From assembly GCA_001800355.1 (NCBI GenBank), contig MGVF01000129.1, positions 1 through 46,203 on the forward strand: a stretch of DNA of 46,203 nucleotides. Reading direction: 5' to 3'. This document shows, in pieces, positions 1 to 10,403 of the stretch. Numbering within the stretch: position 1 is the first letter of the stretch; each line of letters begins with the position of its first letter. This DNA is from Elusimicrobia bacterium RIFOXYA2_FULL_50_26. GTDB lineage: Bacteria > Elusimicrobiota > Endomicrobiia > Endomicrobiales > XYA2-FULL-47-53. The notes beneath the pieces were generated by a model, which was not told the DNA's origin, did no database searches, and was given only the letters and a program-made list of their open reading frames with translations. Made by a program: the position numbers and the translations under genes.

Positions 1-2
1 AA

Positions 3-548
3 ACGCAATTTCCTTCCATAAATTTTCGTTGCGAGGATATTAGAAAAACTTCGTTCCCGGACAATCATTTTGATGCCTACATATCATGGGGTGTTATTGA
101 GCACTTCGAGAACGGGCCGGCCGAATGTATAAAGGAGGCGCATCGCCTGTTAAAACCCGGCGGGTTGTTGTTAGTCAGCGTTCCTTTTCATAACGTCCGG
201 CTTTTGCTGAGGCAATGGCTGACCGGTGTGGATGAACTAACGCCTTCGCCCGGTTGCGAAAAAGTATTTTACCAGTACAGGTTCAAAAAACATGAATTAG
301 CCGATGCATTGAAACAGGGAAATTTCGAAGTTGAAAAAATAGTGCCTATTCATAAATACCACGGTTTTTTAAGATTCCTGAATACATGCTGCCGGATTGA
401 TGTTGAAAAGGCCGGTGAGCTGATAAGAAAGAAACTGCATTCCAATATTTTGCGCAAGGCCTTTCTTTTGCCTTTTTATATTGCCGGAAGTATTATGCCC
501 GCCTGCCTGTTTTCACATATGATTCTTGCGGTGGGCAGGAAAAAATAA
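3..548 (+). CDS. class I SAM-dependent methyltransferase (5' end outside window)
   Basis: Frame 3 is open from base 3. It reads ...FPDNHFDAYISWGVIEHFENGPAECIKEAHRLLKPGGLLLVSVPFHN..., typical of Methyltransf_11/23-type enzymes. Track ORF 165..548 is only an internal remnant. Confidence 0.7.
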   Translation, partial: TQFPSINFRCEDIRKTSFPDNHFDAYISWGVIEHFENGPAECIKEAHRLLKPGGLLLVSVPFHNVRLLLRQWLTGVDELTPSPGCEKVFYQYRFKKHELADALKQGNFEVEKIVPIHKYHGFLRFLNTCCRIDVEKAGELIRKKLHSNILRKAFLLPFYIAGSIMPACLFSHMILAVGRKK

Positions 549-550
549 CC

Positions 551-1483
551 ATGCCACAGATAAGCGTAATAATGTCAGTCTACAACGGTGCGCGTTACCT
601 GCGCCAGGCCGTGGAAAGCGTGCTTGCCCAGAGTCTCGGCGATTTTGAGTTCATTATAATTGATGACGGCTCAAATGACGAATCTCCGGCCATTCTTGAC
701 GAGTATGCAAGCAGGGACGGACGCATTCGCCTGACACACAGGCAGAACAAAGGATTGACGGTTTCTTTAAATGAAATGATTGCCTCGGCCCGGGGTGGGA
801 TTATAGCGCGCCAGGATGCCGATGACTACTCGCACCCTGACCGTTTCATGGAACAAATGCGGTATCTGCGCAATAACCCGTGGATCATGCTTCTTGGAAC
901 AGCCGGATATATAATCAATGAAAATGGCGTTGTGATACAGCGCCAGAAAATTATGACGGGAACATCCCGCCTCCATAAAAAAATACTCAAAAATAACCGG
1001 TTTATTCACGGTTCGGTTATGATAAGAAAATCGTGCCTCGATGAGATAGGCGCCTATAATGACGTATTCATATACGGCGAGGATTACGAATTATTTCTGC
1101 GTATCGCGAACAAATATCCCGTTGACAATATTGATATGCCTCTCTATTATTACCGCATCAACCCGGCGTCCGTCTCGCTGGTTAACTGTCGTAAGCAGGA
1201 GCAGACCGGTATTGTCGTGCGGGAATTTTATCGCCGGAACAAGAACACAAGTGCTTTACTTGGCGCTACGGAATACGAAGCCCTTGCTAAACTTATCGCA
1301 GGTTCCTGGCTTAACAGGTTACTGGAAAGCAATATACACCTTGCAATGGGGAGAAATTTCAGGTTACGCGGCATGATACCAGAGGCACGCAGGCAATACG
1401 GGAAGGCATTTTTTTACTTACCGTCGCCCAGGAGCTTCTATCATCTTGCAAAATCATTTATATGCCGGGGTATAAAGAAATGA
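551..1483 (+). CDS. glycosyltransferase family 2 (GT-A fold)
   Basis: N-terminus ISVIMSVYNGARYLRQAVESVLAQSLGDFEFIIIDDGSNDES plus a DADD motif. Starts 3 nt after the upstream stop. Confidence 0.85.
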   Translation: MPQISVIMSVYNGARYLRQAVESVLAQSLGDFEFIIIDDGSNDESPAILDEYASRDGRIRLTHRQNKGLTVSLNEMIASARGGIIARQDADDYSHPDRFMEQMRYLRNNPWIMLLGTAGYIINENGVVIQRQKIMTGTSRLHKKILKNNRFIHGSVMIRKSCLDEIGAYNDVFIYGEDYELFLRIANKYPVDNIDMPLYYYRINPASVSLVNCRKQEQTGIVVREFYRRNKNTSALLGATEYEALAKLIAGSWLNRLLESNIHLAMGRNFRLRGMIPEARRQYGKAFFYLPSPRSFYHLAKSFICRGIKK

Positions 1484-2865
1484 AAGCGGTATTGATTCAA
1501 CCGAATGTGATGATGAAGGACACGGGGATACAGATTAACCACGGCCTGGCTGTTCTTGCTTCCATACTGTTGCAAAACGGTTGTGATGCGGATTTAAACA
1601 TAATTGACACCGTGTCATTTAACAATAAATCGTACCTGAAATTCATCGCCGCCGGAAATTACGACCTTGTCGCCGTAACCGCATATTCCAACCAGTGGGA
1701 GTTTATTAAACAAATAGCGTCCGGGATAAGGGAAATAACCGCTGCTCCTGTAATATGCGGCGGCCCGCACGCCACTCTTTTTCCCGGCGCCATTTGCGAG
1801 ACGGATGCGATAGATGCATTTGTCATAGGCGAGGGTGAAACGGCAATAGGTGATATCGTCCGGGGCATACGCAGCGGAAACGGCTGGTTGAATACGCAGG
1901 GAATACGTTCGCGCAATGTCGCGGCGCGCGGGGCTGCGCAGCGTACCGAGGACATTGATGTGTTGCCGTTTCCCGATTATGAGATATATGACAGAAAAAT
2001 AGTTCATAATTATCCGGGTATATTTTTCTCACGAGGTTGCCCCTATAATTGCAGTTATTGCTGCAATAGCGCTTACAGGGCGATTTACGGCGGGCAGGGG
2101 AAACCCATACGGTTTATGAGTCCCCCGCGGGCTGTCGCGCTGGCCAGGCGGTATAAGGATACAATCGGCCCCGATCATTTTGAGGTTGATGACGATACTT
2201 TTACCAAGAACCCTAAATGGCTGCGGGAATTCCTGGCTGAATACAGGAAAGACGTGAACATCCCGTTTAACTGCAACGCGCGCCCGGAGACGATTACACC
2301 CGAGGTGGCCCGGTTATTAAAAGAGTCCGGATGCATGACCGTGTCAATAGGCATAGAAAGCGGAGACGAGAATATTCGCCGGCAAGTGTTAAAAAGGAAC
2401 ATGAAGAATTCTTTTATAGAAAAATCGGCGGAGATCATTCACAGGGAGGGGTTGAAGCTTTCAACGTTCAACATGGTCGGCTTGCCGGGCGAAACATGGA
2501 GCAGTTTTTATGAAACGGTAAGGCTAAACCAAAGGATCAAGCCGGATAATGTTCAAATTTCCATCTATTACCCGTTCAGGGGCACGGAACTTGGCGAATC
2601 GTGTTATTCCGGAAACCTGGTTGAGGAGCACGCAAATTCGGGAAGCTATTTCGGGAAAAGCATTTTGAAACTGCCCGGTTTTCCTAAATGGAAAATTTCA
2701 GCAGGCCAGAGGCTGTTTAAGTTCCTCGTCTTTTCAAAAAGCTCATTGTTGGTTTCTGTCCGGGAATTGTTGAAGGATATAATAAAATCATTGCCCCTGT
2801 CTTATCTGCTTATTCCGCCATATCTGAAAATGAAAAAGTATTTAGCCGCAAAAGGCGGGGCATGA
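1480..2865 (+). CDS. B12-binding-domain radical SAM protein (paralog 1)
   Basis: ATGA overlap with the upstream stop (ATG 1480, TGA 1481-1483); track start 1462 is less likely. N-terminal Rossmann/B12-type module (DLVAVTAYS, CGGPHATLFP), then FFSRGCPYNCSYCCN (CX3CX2C). Confidence 0.85.
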   Translation: MKAVLIQPNVMMKDTGIQINHGLAVLASILLQNGCDADLNIIDTVSFNNKSYLKFIAAGNYDLVAVTAYSNQWEFIKQIASGIREITAAPVICGGPHATLFPGAICETDAIDAFVIGEGETAIGDIVRGIRSGNGWLNTQGIRSRNVAARGAAQRTEDIDVLPFPDYEIYDRKIVHNYPGIFFSRGCPYNCSYCCNSAYRAIYGGQGKPIRFMSPPRAVALARRYKDTIGPDHFEVDDDTFTKNPKWLREFLAEYRKDVNIPFNCNARPETITPEVARLLKESGCMTVSIGIESGDENIRRQVLKRNMKNSFIEKSAEIIHREGLKLSTFNMVGLPGETWSSFYETVRLNQRIKPDNVQISIYYPFRGTELGESCYSGNLVEEHANSGSYFGKSILKLPGFPKWKISAGQRLFKFLVFSKSSLLVSVRELLKDIIKSLPLSYLLIPPYLKMKKYLAAKGGA

Positions 2866-3719
2866 GCGTGATTACATTTGTAATACCGACGGTCGGTGCA
2901 TCGAAGAACGTATCCCGGTGCGTTGATTCCATAGCCGGCCAGCTTTCCGGCGAAGACGAGATTATTATCGTCCACCAGGGCGAAGACAATCCGGTTAGAT
3001 TTGCTCCCGTAGCCAGGTTATTTCATGTCAGTGAGTACGGTTTATCCAATGCGCGTAACGAGGGTGCGCGTTTGGCGGGCAACGGCATAATTGCATTCAT
3101 TGACGATGATGTGATGCTGGACAAGAATTATGCTGCCAGTATAAGAAAACATTTCAGCCGGGACATATCCGCGCTTTGCGGCAGATTGCTCAATACGGAC
3201 GATCATTCGCCATATGCCAGAGTTCATGACGATAAATTGATCGCCATAACATATTCGCCGGCGAGGTTGAAGAGGTGCCTGGGCGGCAATATGGTTTTCA
3301 GAAAGGAAGCATTCTTGGATGTGGGCGGCTATGATCGTTCATTCGGCGTCGGCGCAAAATACGGCGGCGCGGAGGACATTGATATAATCTTAAGGTTGCT
3401 TCACCGGAAAAAGCACAGGGTCATTTACGCGCCGGACGCGATAGGCTATCATGCAAGGGAAAACAGGCATAAGAACAGTAATTACATTGAAAAAGTATTC
3501 AATTACGGGATGGGAGAAGGCGCTGTCTATGCGAAGCATTTCATGGAAAAGAAGCTTTTGGTTCTTCTTGCCATATATGGCGTTGAAATAGCGAAGCCTT
3601 TTATTAAGCTGCTGTCGAGTACGCTTGCATTTGACGTATACGGTGTCAAAGTATATTCGGGAATTTTAAAAGGCAGGCTCAAGGGATTTTTTGATTATGC
3701 CAATGAAAAAAAGATTTAA
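2862..3719 (+). CDS. glycosyltransferase family 2
   Basis: ATGA overlap at 2862-2865. VITFVIPTVG..., AFIDDDV (DxD) and GAEDID motifs of GT-A enzymes. Confidence 0.8.
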   Translation: MSVITFVIPTVGASKNVSRCVDSIAGQLSGEDEIIIVHQGEDNPVRFAPVARLFHVSEYGLSNARNEGARLAGNGIIAFIDDDVMLDKNYAASIRKHFSRDISALCGRLLNTDDHSPYARVHDDKLIAITYSPARLKRCLGGNMVFRKEAFLDVGGYDRSFGVGAKYGGAEDIDIILRLLHRKKHRVIYAPDAIGYHARENRHKNSNYIEKVFNYGMGEGAVYAKHFMEKKLLVLLAIYGVEIAKPFIKLLSSTLAFDVYGVKVYSGILKGRLKGFFDYANEKKI

Positions 3720-5136
3720 CAATATTCTTCTGGTTAATGTTCCCGTTTCAAGAGGCAGGTATACCGTCCCGGATTTTCCGCCGGTTGGGCTTGGGTATTT
3801 ATCCGAGGCGCTTACCGTTAACGGCATAGAGCATGATGTTTTAGACATGATGCTGGGGTATAACGAAAACCACCTGTCCTCGGCGATTAGAAATAAAAAG
3901 TACGACCTTGTGGGTTTCAGCCTGTTCACTTATCATTACAAAGCTTCTTATGCGATCATCGCCGCGATTAAGAAGAAATTCCCTTCGCTGAAAATAATTG
4001 CGGGCGGGCCGCACGTGTCTACGTTCAGGGAAGACGTGCTTAAAGAGTGTCCCGCCATAGATTACGGCGTTGTAATGGAGGGAGAAGAAGCGATAGTGCG
4101 TATTTGCGACGCTTCGATTGAATGTCGCGGCATACCGGGTTTGATATACCGCGATAACGGCGAGATAATGTCAAACGCGGTCAGTGTATTGCGCGAGTTG
4201 GACGCTATACATTATCCGCGTTACCGGAAATTCGAATTAAAAAAGTATTCTTCGAATATCTCCATCATTACTTCGCGCGGCTGCCCATATCAGTGTATAT
4301 ATTGTCCCGTGCCGAGGACGATCGGCGAAATATTCCGTTGCAGGTCTCCGCGCAATATCGCGGAAGAGATACGGTACTGGTACGGTATCGGGTATCGAAG
4401 GATACTGGTATTGGACGACAATTTTACATTGATTCCCAAACGGGTGCGGGAATTATGCGATTTATTAAAATCCCTTAAACTCGAGGGGTTGGTTCTATCG
4501 TGCGCCAACGGCATCCGGGCGGATAAAACCGATTACGGGTTGCTGAAGGAAATGCGGGATGCGGGTTTTAACGAGATAGCTTTTGGCGTGGAATCAGCCA
4601 GCAATAAGGTTTTAAGCGCGATTCGTAAAAGCGAGAAAATCGAGACGATAGAGCAAAGAATCAAGGATGCCTGCGCACTTGATTACAAGGTGGTTTTATT
4701 CTTCATTATCGGTTCGCCAACGGAAACATATGACGATTTCCTGGAATCGGTGTCATTGGCATTAAGGTATCCGGTGTATTCCACGCGCTTTTACAATTTG
4801 ATACCATTTCCATACAGCCAGTTGTTCGAATGGGTGAAATCTAACAACCTGTTCGTCTCGCTCCCGGAAAAATACCTGAGCGAAGCGTCGCACCACATTA
4901 ACGAGCCTTTATTCTCCACTCCCGAGTTTAACCTGGAAAAACGTAAGAAAGCGTTCGCCTACGCCCAGGAAGTGGAGAAAACAGTGAAAAGGCGTTACGT
5001 TTTCAATAAAACCAACGGCCCTAAATTGTTCCGATACGTCGTATCCTTCCTTTACGCAAACGATATGATTAACCATTTATATCATAGTAATCCTGTTATA
5101 AGGCGTATCGGCCTGAAGTTGCGGAGGTTGATCTAG
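3691..5136 (+). CDS. B12-binding-domain radical SAM protein (paralog 2)
   Basis: KIIAGGPHVSTF B12-module motif and ITSRGCPYQCIYCPV cluster motif. Overlaps the upstream gene; the start could also be 3697 or 3703. Confidence 0.85.
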   Translation: MIMPMKKRFNNILLVNVPVSRGRYTVPDFPPVGLGYLSEALTVNGIEHDVLDMMLGYNENHLSSAIRNKKYDLVGFSLFTYHYKASYAIIAAIKKKFPSLKIIAGGPHVSTFREDVLKECPAIDYGVVMEGEEAIVRICDASIECRGIPGLIYRDNGEIMSNAVSVLRELDAIHYPRYRKFELKKYSSNISIITSRGCPYQCIYCPVPRTIGEIFRCRSPRNIAEEIRYWYGIGYRRILVLDDNFTLIPKRVRELCDLLKSLKLEGLVLSCANGIRADKTDYGLLKEMRDAGFNEIAFGVESASNKVLSAIRKSEKIETIEQRIKDACALDYKVVLFFIIGSPTETYDDFLESVSLALRYPVYSTRFYNLIPFPYSQLFEWVKSNNLFVSLPEKYLSEASHHINEPLFSTPEFNLEKRKKAFAYAQEVEKTVKRRYVFNKTNGPKLFRYVVSFLYANDMINHLYHSNPVIRRIGLKLRRLI

Positions 5137-6296
5137 TGCCAGCCATGAATCCGGAAAAATGCCGGCGTATCGGAATTGACATACGTTCCGCCAATAATAA
5201 AATCTGTGGAGTTACAAGGGTATCCCTGTGTCTCATACAGGCTTTATCGCAAATTGATACTCAGAATGAATATGTTATCTATACCAATTATGATATCTCA
5301 TCGCTTGCGCTCGGCAAAAATTTTATTGTTTCGAATTGCCGGTATTCAAAGAAAAATCCATTAAATGAAGTTGAAATTTATGTTAAGGCATTAAAAGATA
5401 AATTGCACATTTTACATTCCACGCGTTCCTGGCTGCCGGTGCTGGTTCCGCCAAAAGTAAAAACGGTGGTAAATATTCACGATCTTTTCTTTATTGTTGA
5501 CCCGTTTTACTTCAAGAGGTACGGATTTTATTCTTTTCTTCCACGGCTATGGTTAAAGTATTCCATTTTTTCTACCGTAAGTAAGGCTCACGCCATAGTA
5601 ACAGGTTCGCAATTTTCCAAAGCCCAGATAAACGGTATTTTCAGTAAGTGCAAAGACAAATTATGCGTGATATACGATGCCGCGGGCCTGGATAAGGAAA
5701 ACCTGTCCGGAGTCTGCATAAATCCTTCGGGCAGGAAATATTTTCTGTATGTAGGCAACGGCAGGAGTTACAAAAACCTGGAAATATTATTGAGGGGATT
5801 TGCGCTTTTTACAAAGAAACACGCGGCTGCGGACATATCGTTATACATCGCGGGTAATGACGCTTACGCGCAGGAAAAAGAACTTGCAAAGAATAGCGGT
5901 ATCGGGCAAAAAGTTGTTTTCGTTTCGAATCCTTCGGACCGGGATATAATTGAGTTGTACTCCAGTGCAATGGCATTCGTTTTGCCCTCCAAATTTGAGG
6001 GGTTTGGTATACCGGTGCTGGAGGCAATGAGTTTTGGCATTCCGGTGATTACTTCAGACGCGGATGCGCTGCTTGAAATTGCCGGCAACGCCAGCCTTGT
6101 TTTCAGGCGCGACAGCCCTGACGAGCTGGCATCCTGTTTTGCCCGTATGGCAGGAGATGGTGAACTCAAGAGAGAGTTGATAGCAAAGGGATACCGGAAT
6201 ATAGAGAACTATAGCTGGAAAATAAGTGCGCAACAGTTGGTCGGCCTGTATTATAAATTAACCGGTAAGGAAATCTATGATAACCATGTGCTTTGA
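5136..6296 (+). CDS. glycosyltransferase, GT-B fold (Glycos_transf_1 / CAZy GT4-type)
   Basis: C-terminal PSKFEGFGIPVLEAMSFGIPVITSD (EX7E region). Start is GTG 5136 or ATG 5145. Confidence 0.85.
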   Translation: MPAMNPEKCRRIGIDIRSANNKICGVTRVSLCLIQALSQIDTQNEYVIYTNYDISSLALGKNFIVSNCRYSKKNPLNEVEIYVKALKDKLHILHSTRSWLPVLVPPKVKTVVNIHDLFFIVDPFYFKRYGFYSFLPRLWLKYSIFSTVSKAHAIVTGSQFSKAQINGIFSKCKDKLCVIYDAAGLDKENLSGVCINPSGRKYFLYVGNGRSYKNLEILLRGFALFTKKHAAADISLYIAGNDAYAQEKELAKNSGIGQKVVFVSNPSDRDIIELYSSAMAFVLPSKFEGFGIPVLEAMSFGIPVITSDADALLEIAGNASLVFRRDSPDELASCFARMAGDGELKRELIAKGYRNIENYSWKISAQQLVGLYYKLTGKEIYDNHVL

Positions 6297-6311
6297 ACGT
6301 TTAGATTCATT

Positions 6312-7706
6312 ATGCAATCACAACCGGGTGGAGTTATGACAGAAACACTTGTGATGGTTGATCCCGGGTTTTTGGGAGAATATGGCATAGGTAAATGGGG
6401 AAGATCCTATTGGTCAAGTGCGATAAATCATGGCGTAGCCCAGATTGCCGGAGTCTGCAAGGCGCATGGCGTCGGCGTTCATCTCATGGATTTGAGATGT
6501 TATCCATCTTACGATGAGTTTGAAAAGGAGATTAAAAAACGCCGTGAGAAATGGTATGCAATAACATGCCGCACGGTTGACGTTCCGGTTGTGGAAAATA
6601 TAATAGCTATTATAAGAAGGCAGAAACCGGATGCGAAGATTGTTGTAGGCGGTATTCATGTCAACCTTGTTCCGGGTATATATGCCGCCGATAACAGGAT
6701 TGACCATGTGTTTCTGGGCGAGGCGGATATAACAATGCCTCAATTGCTTGCCGATCCCGGTAAATTTTCAAAAATCGTTAAAGGAGAAATACCGGTTATT
6801 GACGATATTCCTTTCGAGGATATTGATATATATGATTATGATAAATCAACATCGTTTACATTGTATGGCGGCATAGTGAAGGCGCCGATGATTCCTGTCA
6901 TTACCAGCAGGGGGTGTGTGTACAATTGTAAATTCTGTCAACCCGCAGAGCGAATCCTTTACGGATCGCGCTACAGGCAGAAGAGTGTCGCGCGTATAAT
7001 GGAAGAGATCAAAAGGATTGCTGAAAACCATGAATTTAACTCCATCATGTTTTATGACGATTGTATACTGGGCCAGAAGAAAATACTGCATGAGTTGCTG
7101 GAAAAATTGGCGGCATTTAAAAAAATCGAAATAATGTTACAGGGGCGCGCCGATAATATTTGCCAATGGGGTGATGAAATCAGGAAATTGAAGGATTATG
7201 GGTTAAAGGCTGTCATCGTCGGCTTTGAAAGCGGCAGCCAGCGAATACTTGATTTTATAGGCAAGGGTACGACCGTTGAGCAAAATATGCTTGCCGGAGA
7301 AATACTTCATAAAAGCGGGATAAAAATAGTCGGTAATTTTATGATAGGATTGCCCACCGAACAGAAGGATGAGATGGATGCGACAGCGCTGCTCGCGGAG
7401 AAAATCCGGCCCACTATTGCCAGTTGTTCGTTTTATTCGCCTATGCCGGGCAGTCATATTTATGATTATTGCAATGACAATGAACTTATTATTGAAAAAA
7501 ATTTTGAAAGATTAAGCCGCGATCCTCGCAAGCCAAAGATCAAAATGGTTGATTATGCATTTGCCAATACGATATTGCCGCGGATTGTCGGAAGCAGGTT
7601 TAATAATAGATTTGTAAAAAAGCTGGTGGGTTACGCATATAAGAATATGAACAGGGGGATACTACGGGAAGCCATGACACGTTTATATAACAAGGTTGCC
7701 AAATGA
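6312..7706 (+). CDS. B12-binding-domain radical SAM protein (paralog 3)
   Basis: KIVVGGIHVNLVP module motif and ITSRGCVYNCKFCQP (CX3CX2C). Confidence 0.8.
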   Translation: MQSQPGGVMTETLVMVDPGFLGEYGIGKWGRSYWSSAINHGVAQIAGVCKAHGVGVHLMDLRCYPSYDEFEKEIKKRREKWYAITCRTVDVPVVENIIAIIRRQKPDAKIVVGGIHVNLVPGIYAADNRIDHVFLGEADITMPQLLADPGKFSKIVKGEIPVIDDIPFEDIDIYDYDKSTSFTLYGGIVKAPMIPVITSRGCVYNCKFCQPAERILYGSRYRQKSVARIMEEIKRIAENHEFNSIMFYDDCILGQKKILHELLEKLAAFKKIEIMLQGRADNICQWGDEIRKLKDYGLKAVIVGFESGSQRILDFIGKGTTVEQNMLAGEILHKSGIKIVGNFMIGLPTEQKDEMDATALLAEKIRPTIASCSFYSPMPGSHIYDYCNDNELIIEKNFERLSRDPRKPKIKMVDYAFANTILPRIVGSRFNNRFVKKLVGYAYKNMNRGILREAMTRLYNKVAK

Positions 7707-9145
7707 AAATACTCCTGGTTAACCCCCCGTTTTTACCTAAGTTTTCGCGTAGTTCGCGCAGTCCCGCGGTTACCAAGAGCGGGACTATTTATTATCCGCT
7801 TTGGCTTGCTCATGCGGCGGGGCTTCTTGAAAAGCGCGGGCACGAGGTGATGCTGCTTGATTTTCCGGCGGCCGGGCGCGCGCTTTCAGACGAAAAAGAG
7901 CGCATAATGGAGTTCCGCCCCGCCATCGTGGTTTGCGATACTTCAACGCCCAGCATAGAGTCGGACGTTCAATGTCTTGCGGAAATAAAATCGTGGTTTG
8001 CCGCGGGCGTATCTGGCGTTCTTGTGGGCACGCATGTATCGGCGCTTGCCGAGGAAACGTTTGCATTGAGCCGCGCCGTTGACGTTGTCGCGCGCGGGGA
8101 ATATGACCTTACGCTTTGCGAGCTTGCCGACGGGCGGTGCGAGCGCGAGGCCATCACGGGCATCAGCTACCGCTCAGGCGAAAAAATAGTCCGTAACCCG
8201 GACCGCCCATACATGGAATCTCTCGATGAATTGCCGTTCGTAAGCTCCGTGTATAAAAAACACCTGGACATAAACAATTATTTCTATGCCCATTGCCAGA
8301 ATCCCGTTATCTCAATATTTGCGGGGCGCGGCTGCCCGAACAGGTGTTTCTTTTGCGTTTACCCGCAGGTGATGTTCGGCCGGCGTTACCGCCACCGGAG
8401 CGCGGCGCACCTTGTTGACGAGCTTTGCTTTATCGCCCGCGAATTCCCGCAGGTAAAAGAGGTACTTATTGATGACGACAATTTCACGGCAGACCAGCCG
8501 TTCGTGGAAGAGGTGTGCGACGAGATAGTGCGCCGCGGCCTTTCCGTTACGTGGACCGCCGAGGCGCGCGTCGAACTTGCTTACCCCGTGATGGTTAAAA
8601 TGAAACGCGCCGGTTGCCGGCTTCTTGTCGCGGGTTTCGAAAGCGGCGTGCAGCAGGTGCTGGATGCCGTCAACAAAGGCACGACTGTTGCGCGAGCGGA
8701 ACAGTTTTTGCGCGATGCCAGGCGGGCTGGCTTGAGGGTTCACGGCTGCTTCATGGCAGGTAACCGCGGCGACACGCGCGAAACGCTTAATAGCACTCTG
8801 CAATGGGCCATGAAGCAAAAACTTGATACCGCACAGTTTTTCCCGCTGATGGTATATCCCGGCACCGAGGCCTACCAGTGGGCGAGTTCAAACGGCTATA
8901 TATCGGCCGGGAGTTTCCGCGATTGGCTGACGGCTGACGGTATGCACCGTTGCGTGATTTCCAGCGAAAATTTAGCCGCCGGCGAGCTTGTTGATTTCTG
9001 TGACCATGCGCGCCGGAAATTTTACCTTCGCCCGCGCTACTTTTTATACAAGCTGGCCGACATCCTGCGCCACCCGTCCGAAACCGGCCGCACATTGATT
9101 GCCGCGCGCAAACTTTTCAGCCACCTGTTCAGGAAACACAGCTAG
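7703..9145 (+). CDS. B12-binding-domain radical SAM protein (paralog 4, HpnJ-like N-terminus)
   Basis: ATGA overlap at 7703-7706. MKILLVNPPF...SRSPAVTKSGTIYYPLWLAHAAG and FAGRGCPNRCFFCVYP. From memory, the N-terminal pattern resembles HpnJ-type enzymes. Confidence 0.8.
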   Translation: MKILLVNPPFLPKFSRSSRSPAVTKSGTIYYPLWLAHAAGLLEKRGHEVMLLDFPAAGRALSDEKERIMEFRPAIVVCDTSTPSIESDVQCLAEIKSWFAAGVSGVLVGTHVSALAEETFALSRAVDVVARGEYDLTLCELADGRCEREAITGISYRSGEKIVRNPDRPYMESLDELPFVSSVYKKHLDINNYFYAHCQNPVISIFAGRGCPNRCFFCVYPQVMFGRRYRHRSAAHLVDELCFIAREFPQVKEVLIDDDNFTADQPFVEEVCDEIVRRGLSVTWTAEARVELAYPVMVKMKRAGCRLLVAGFESGVQQVLDAVNKGTTVARAEQFLRDARRAGLRVHGCFMAGNRGDTRETLNSTLQWAMKQKLDTAQFFPLMVYPGTEAYQWASSNGYISAGSFRDWLTADGMHRCVISSENLAAGELVDFCDHARRKFYLRPRYFLYKLADILRHPSETGRTLIAARKLFSHLFRKHS

Positions 9146-9151
9146 CCGATT

Positions 9152-10255
9152 ATGTTATTTCTCATTCTTCTGTTTCTGATATTCTATTCGTACATGATTT
9201 TCCCGCTTGTGCTGGCGGCGTTGCGGCCGTTTGCGCGCCGGAGGTTCGGGCATGGGCGGGTGGAAGCGGTTACGGTTGTATGCGCGGTGCATAATGAAGA
9301 GAAAATTATAGCGCAAAAGATCCACAATTTTTATGCGCTCGAATATCCCGTGCCGCCCCGGCTTTTTCTCGGGCTTGACGGTTGTTCCGACGGTACCCGC
9401 GCGCAAATAGAGGGCGCGGTTAAAGACGGCCGGGTGCAATATTTTCAGTTCCCGCGCCAGGGCAAGGCGCAAACGCTCAATGCGCTGATGGAAAAAGTGT
9501 CCACGCCCTATTCCGTCATGACTGACGCAAATTCAATGTTCGATGCCGATGCGCTTTTGCGCCTGGCCGAAACGATGAGCGATGAAACAGGTGTTGTCTG
9601 CGGCCGGCTTGTGCTTGTTGATTCACTGGGCAATTCAGGCGAAGGGCTTTACTGGCGTTATGAAACCATGCTTAAAAAATTTGAAAACGCATTCGGCTCC
9701 GTCATGGGCGCAAACGGCGCCATATATATGTTGCGCAGCGCGCTGTACGAAAAACTTCCCATGGGTACAATCAACGACGATTTTTCGATTTCGATGAAGA
9801 TATACGAGAAAGGCCATGCCATGCGCTACGCCGCCGCCGCCGTGGCGCGTGAAGAGGCCGGTTCGTCCGATGCCGATGAATTCTCCCGGCATGTGCGCGA
9901 CGGCGCCGGGCATTACCGCGCTCTGGTTTACCTTTGCGGGATGCTTAATCCTTTAAGGCCGGTGCGCTTCTTTTTTTACGTGAGCCACAGGGTCTTGCGG
10001 TGGATGGCGCCGTTTAGCATGATAGCTCTATACGTTATTTCCTGCCTCCGTTTTAATGAACCGGCCTACCGTCTGGCATGGTTTGCGCAGAGTGCCTGTT
10101 ACGGCGCGGTGGCGGCCGTGCATTTCCTCAAAACAAAGCCAAGGCTGCTTAGAATACCGTATTATTTTGTGTTGATTAACGGCGCGCTGCTTGCGGGCTT
10201 CGTTAAACTCTGCACGGGCCGCCAGCAGTCCGTATGGGTACCGTTGAAACGATGA
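9152..10255 (+). CDS. integral-membrane glycosyltransferase family 2
   Basis: N-terminal TM helix, VTVVCAVHNEE, LGLDGCSDGT, VMTDANS, and several C-terminal TM helices. Confidence 0.8.
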   Translation: MLFLILLFLIFYSYMIFPLVLAALRPFARRRFGHGRVEAVTVVCAVHNEEKIIAQKIHNFYALEYPVPPRLFLGLDGCSDGTRAQIEGAVKDGRVQYFQFPRQGKAQTLNALMEKVSTPYSVMTDANSMFDADALLRLAETMSDETGVVCGRLVLVDSLGNSGEGLYWRYETMLKKFENAFGSVMGANGAIYMLRSALYEKLPMGTINDDFSISMKIYEKGHAMRYAAAAVAREEAGSSDADEFSRHVRDGAGHYRALVYLCGMLNPLRPVRFFFYVSHRVLRWMAPFSMIALYVISCLRFNEPAYRLAWFAQSACYGAVAAVHFLKTKPRLLRIPYYFVLINGALLAGFVKLCTGRQQSVWVPLKR

Positions 10256-10292
10256 TGATTATCACAGGCGCCAGCATTACATGTGTGGTCTT

Positions 10293-10379
10293 CCCCTCAC
10301 CCTGCCCTCTCCCCGGAGGGTAGAGGGTTTTAGGTCTATAATTCCTCTCCCCGCCGGGGAGAGGATCAAGGTGAGGGGG
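10293..10379. repeat. R1 mosaic palindromic element, 2 hairpin units
   Basis: CCCCTCACCCTGCCCTCTCCCC-GGA-GGGTAGAGGG...CCTCTCCCC-GCC-GGGGAGAGGATCAAGGTGAGGGGG. The outer arms are reverse complements. Confidence 0.85.
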
Positions 10380-10403
10380 AGTTAATACGTTTTAATCAGA
10401 AAG

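Noticed and set aside
7703-10255. Calling the region a hopanoid (hpn) locus
   Set aside because: Only a remembered N-terminal resemblance to HpnJ and adjacency to a GT2 support it. No shc, hpnH, hpnG or hpnK-type genes are in the window, and the context is a WecA/CapD glycan operon. I kept only the low-interest analogy.
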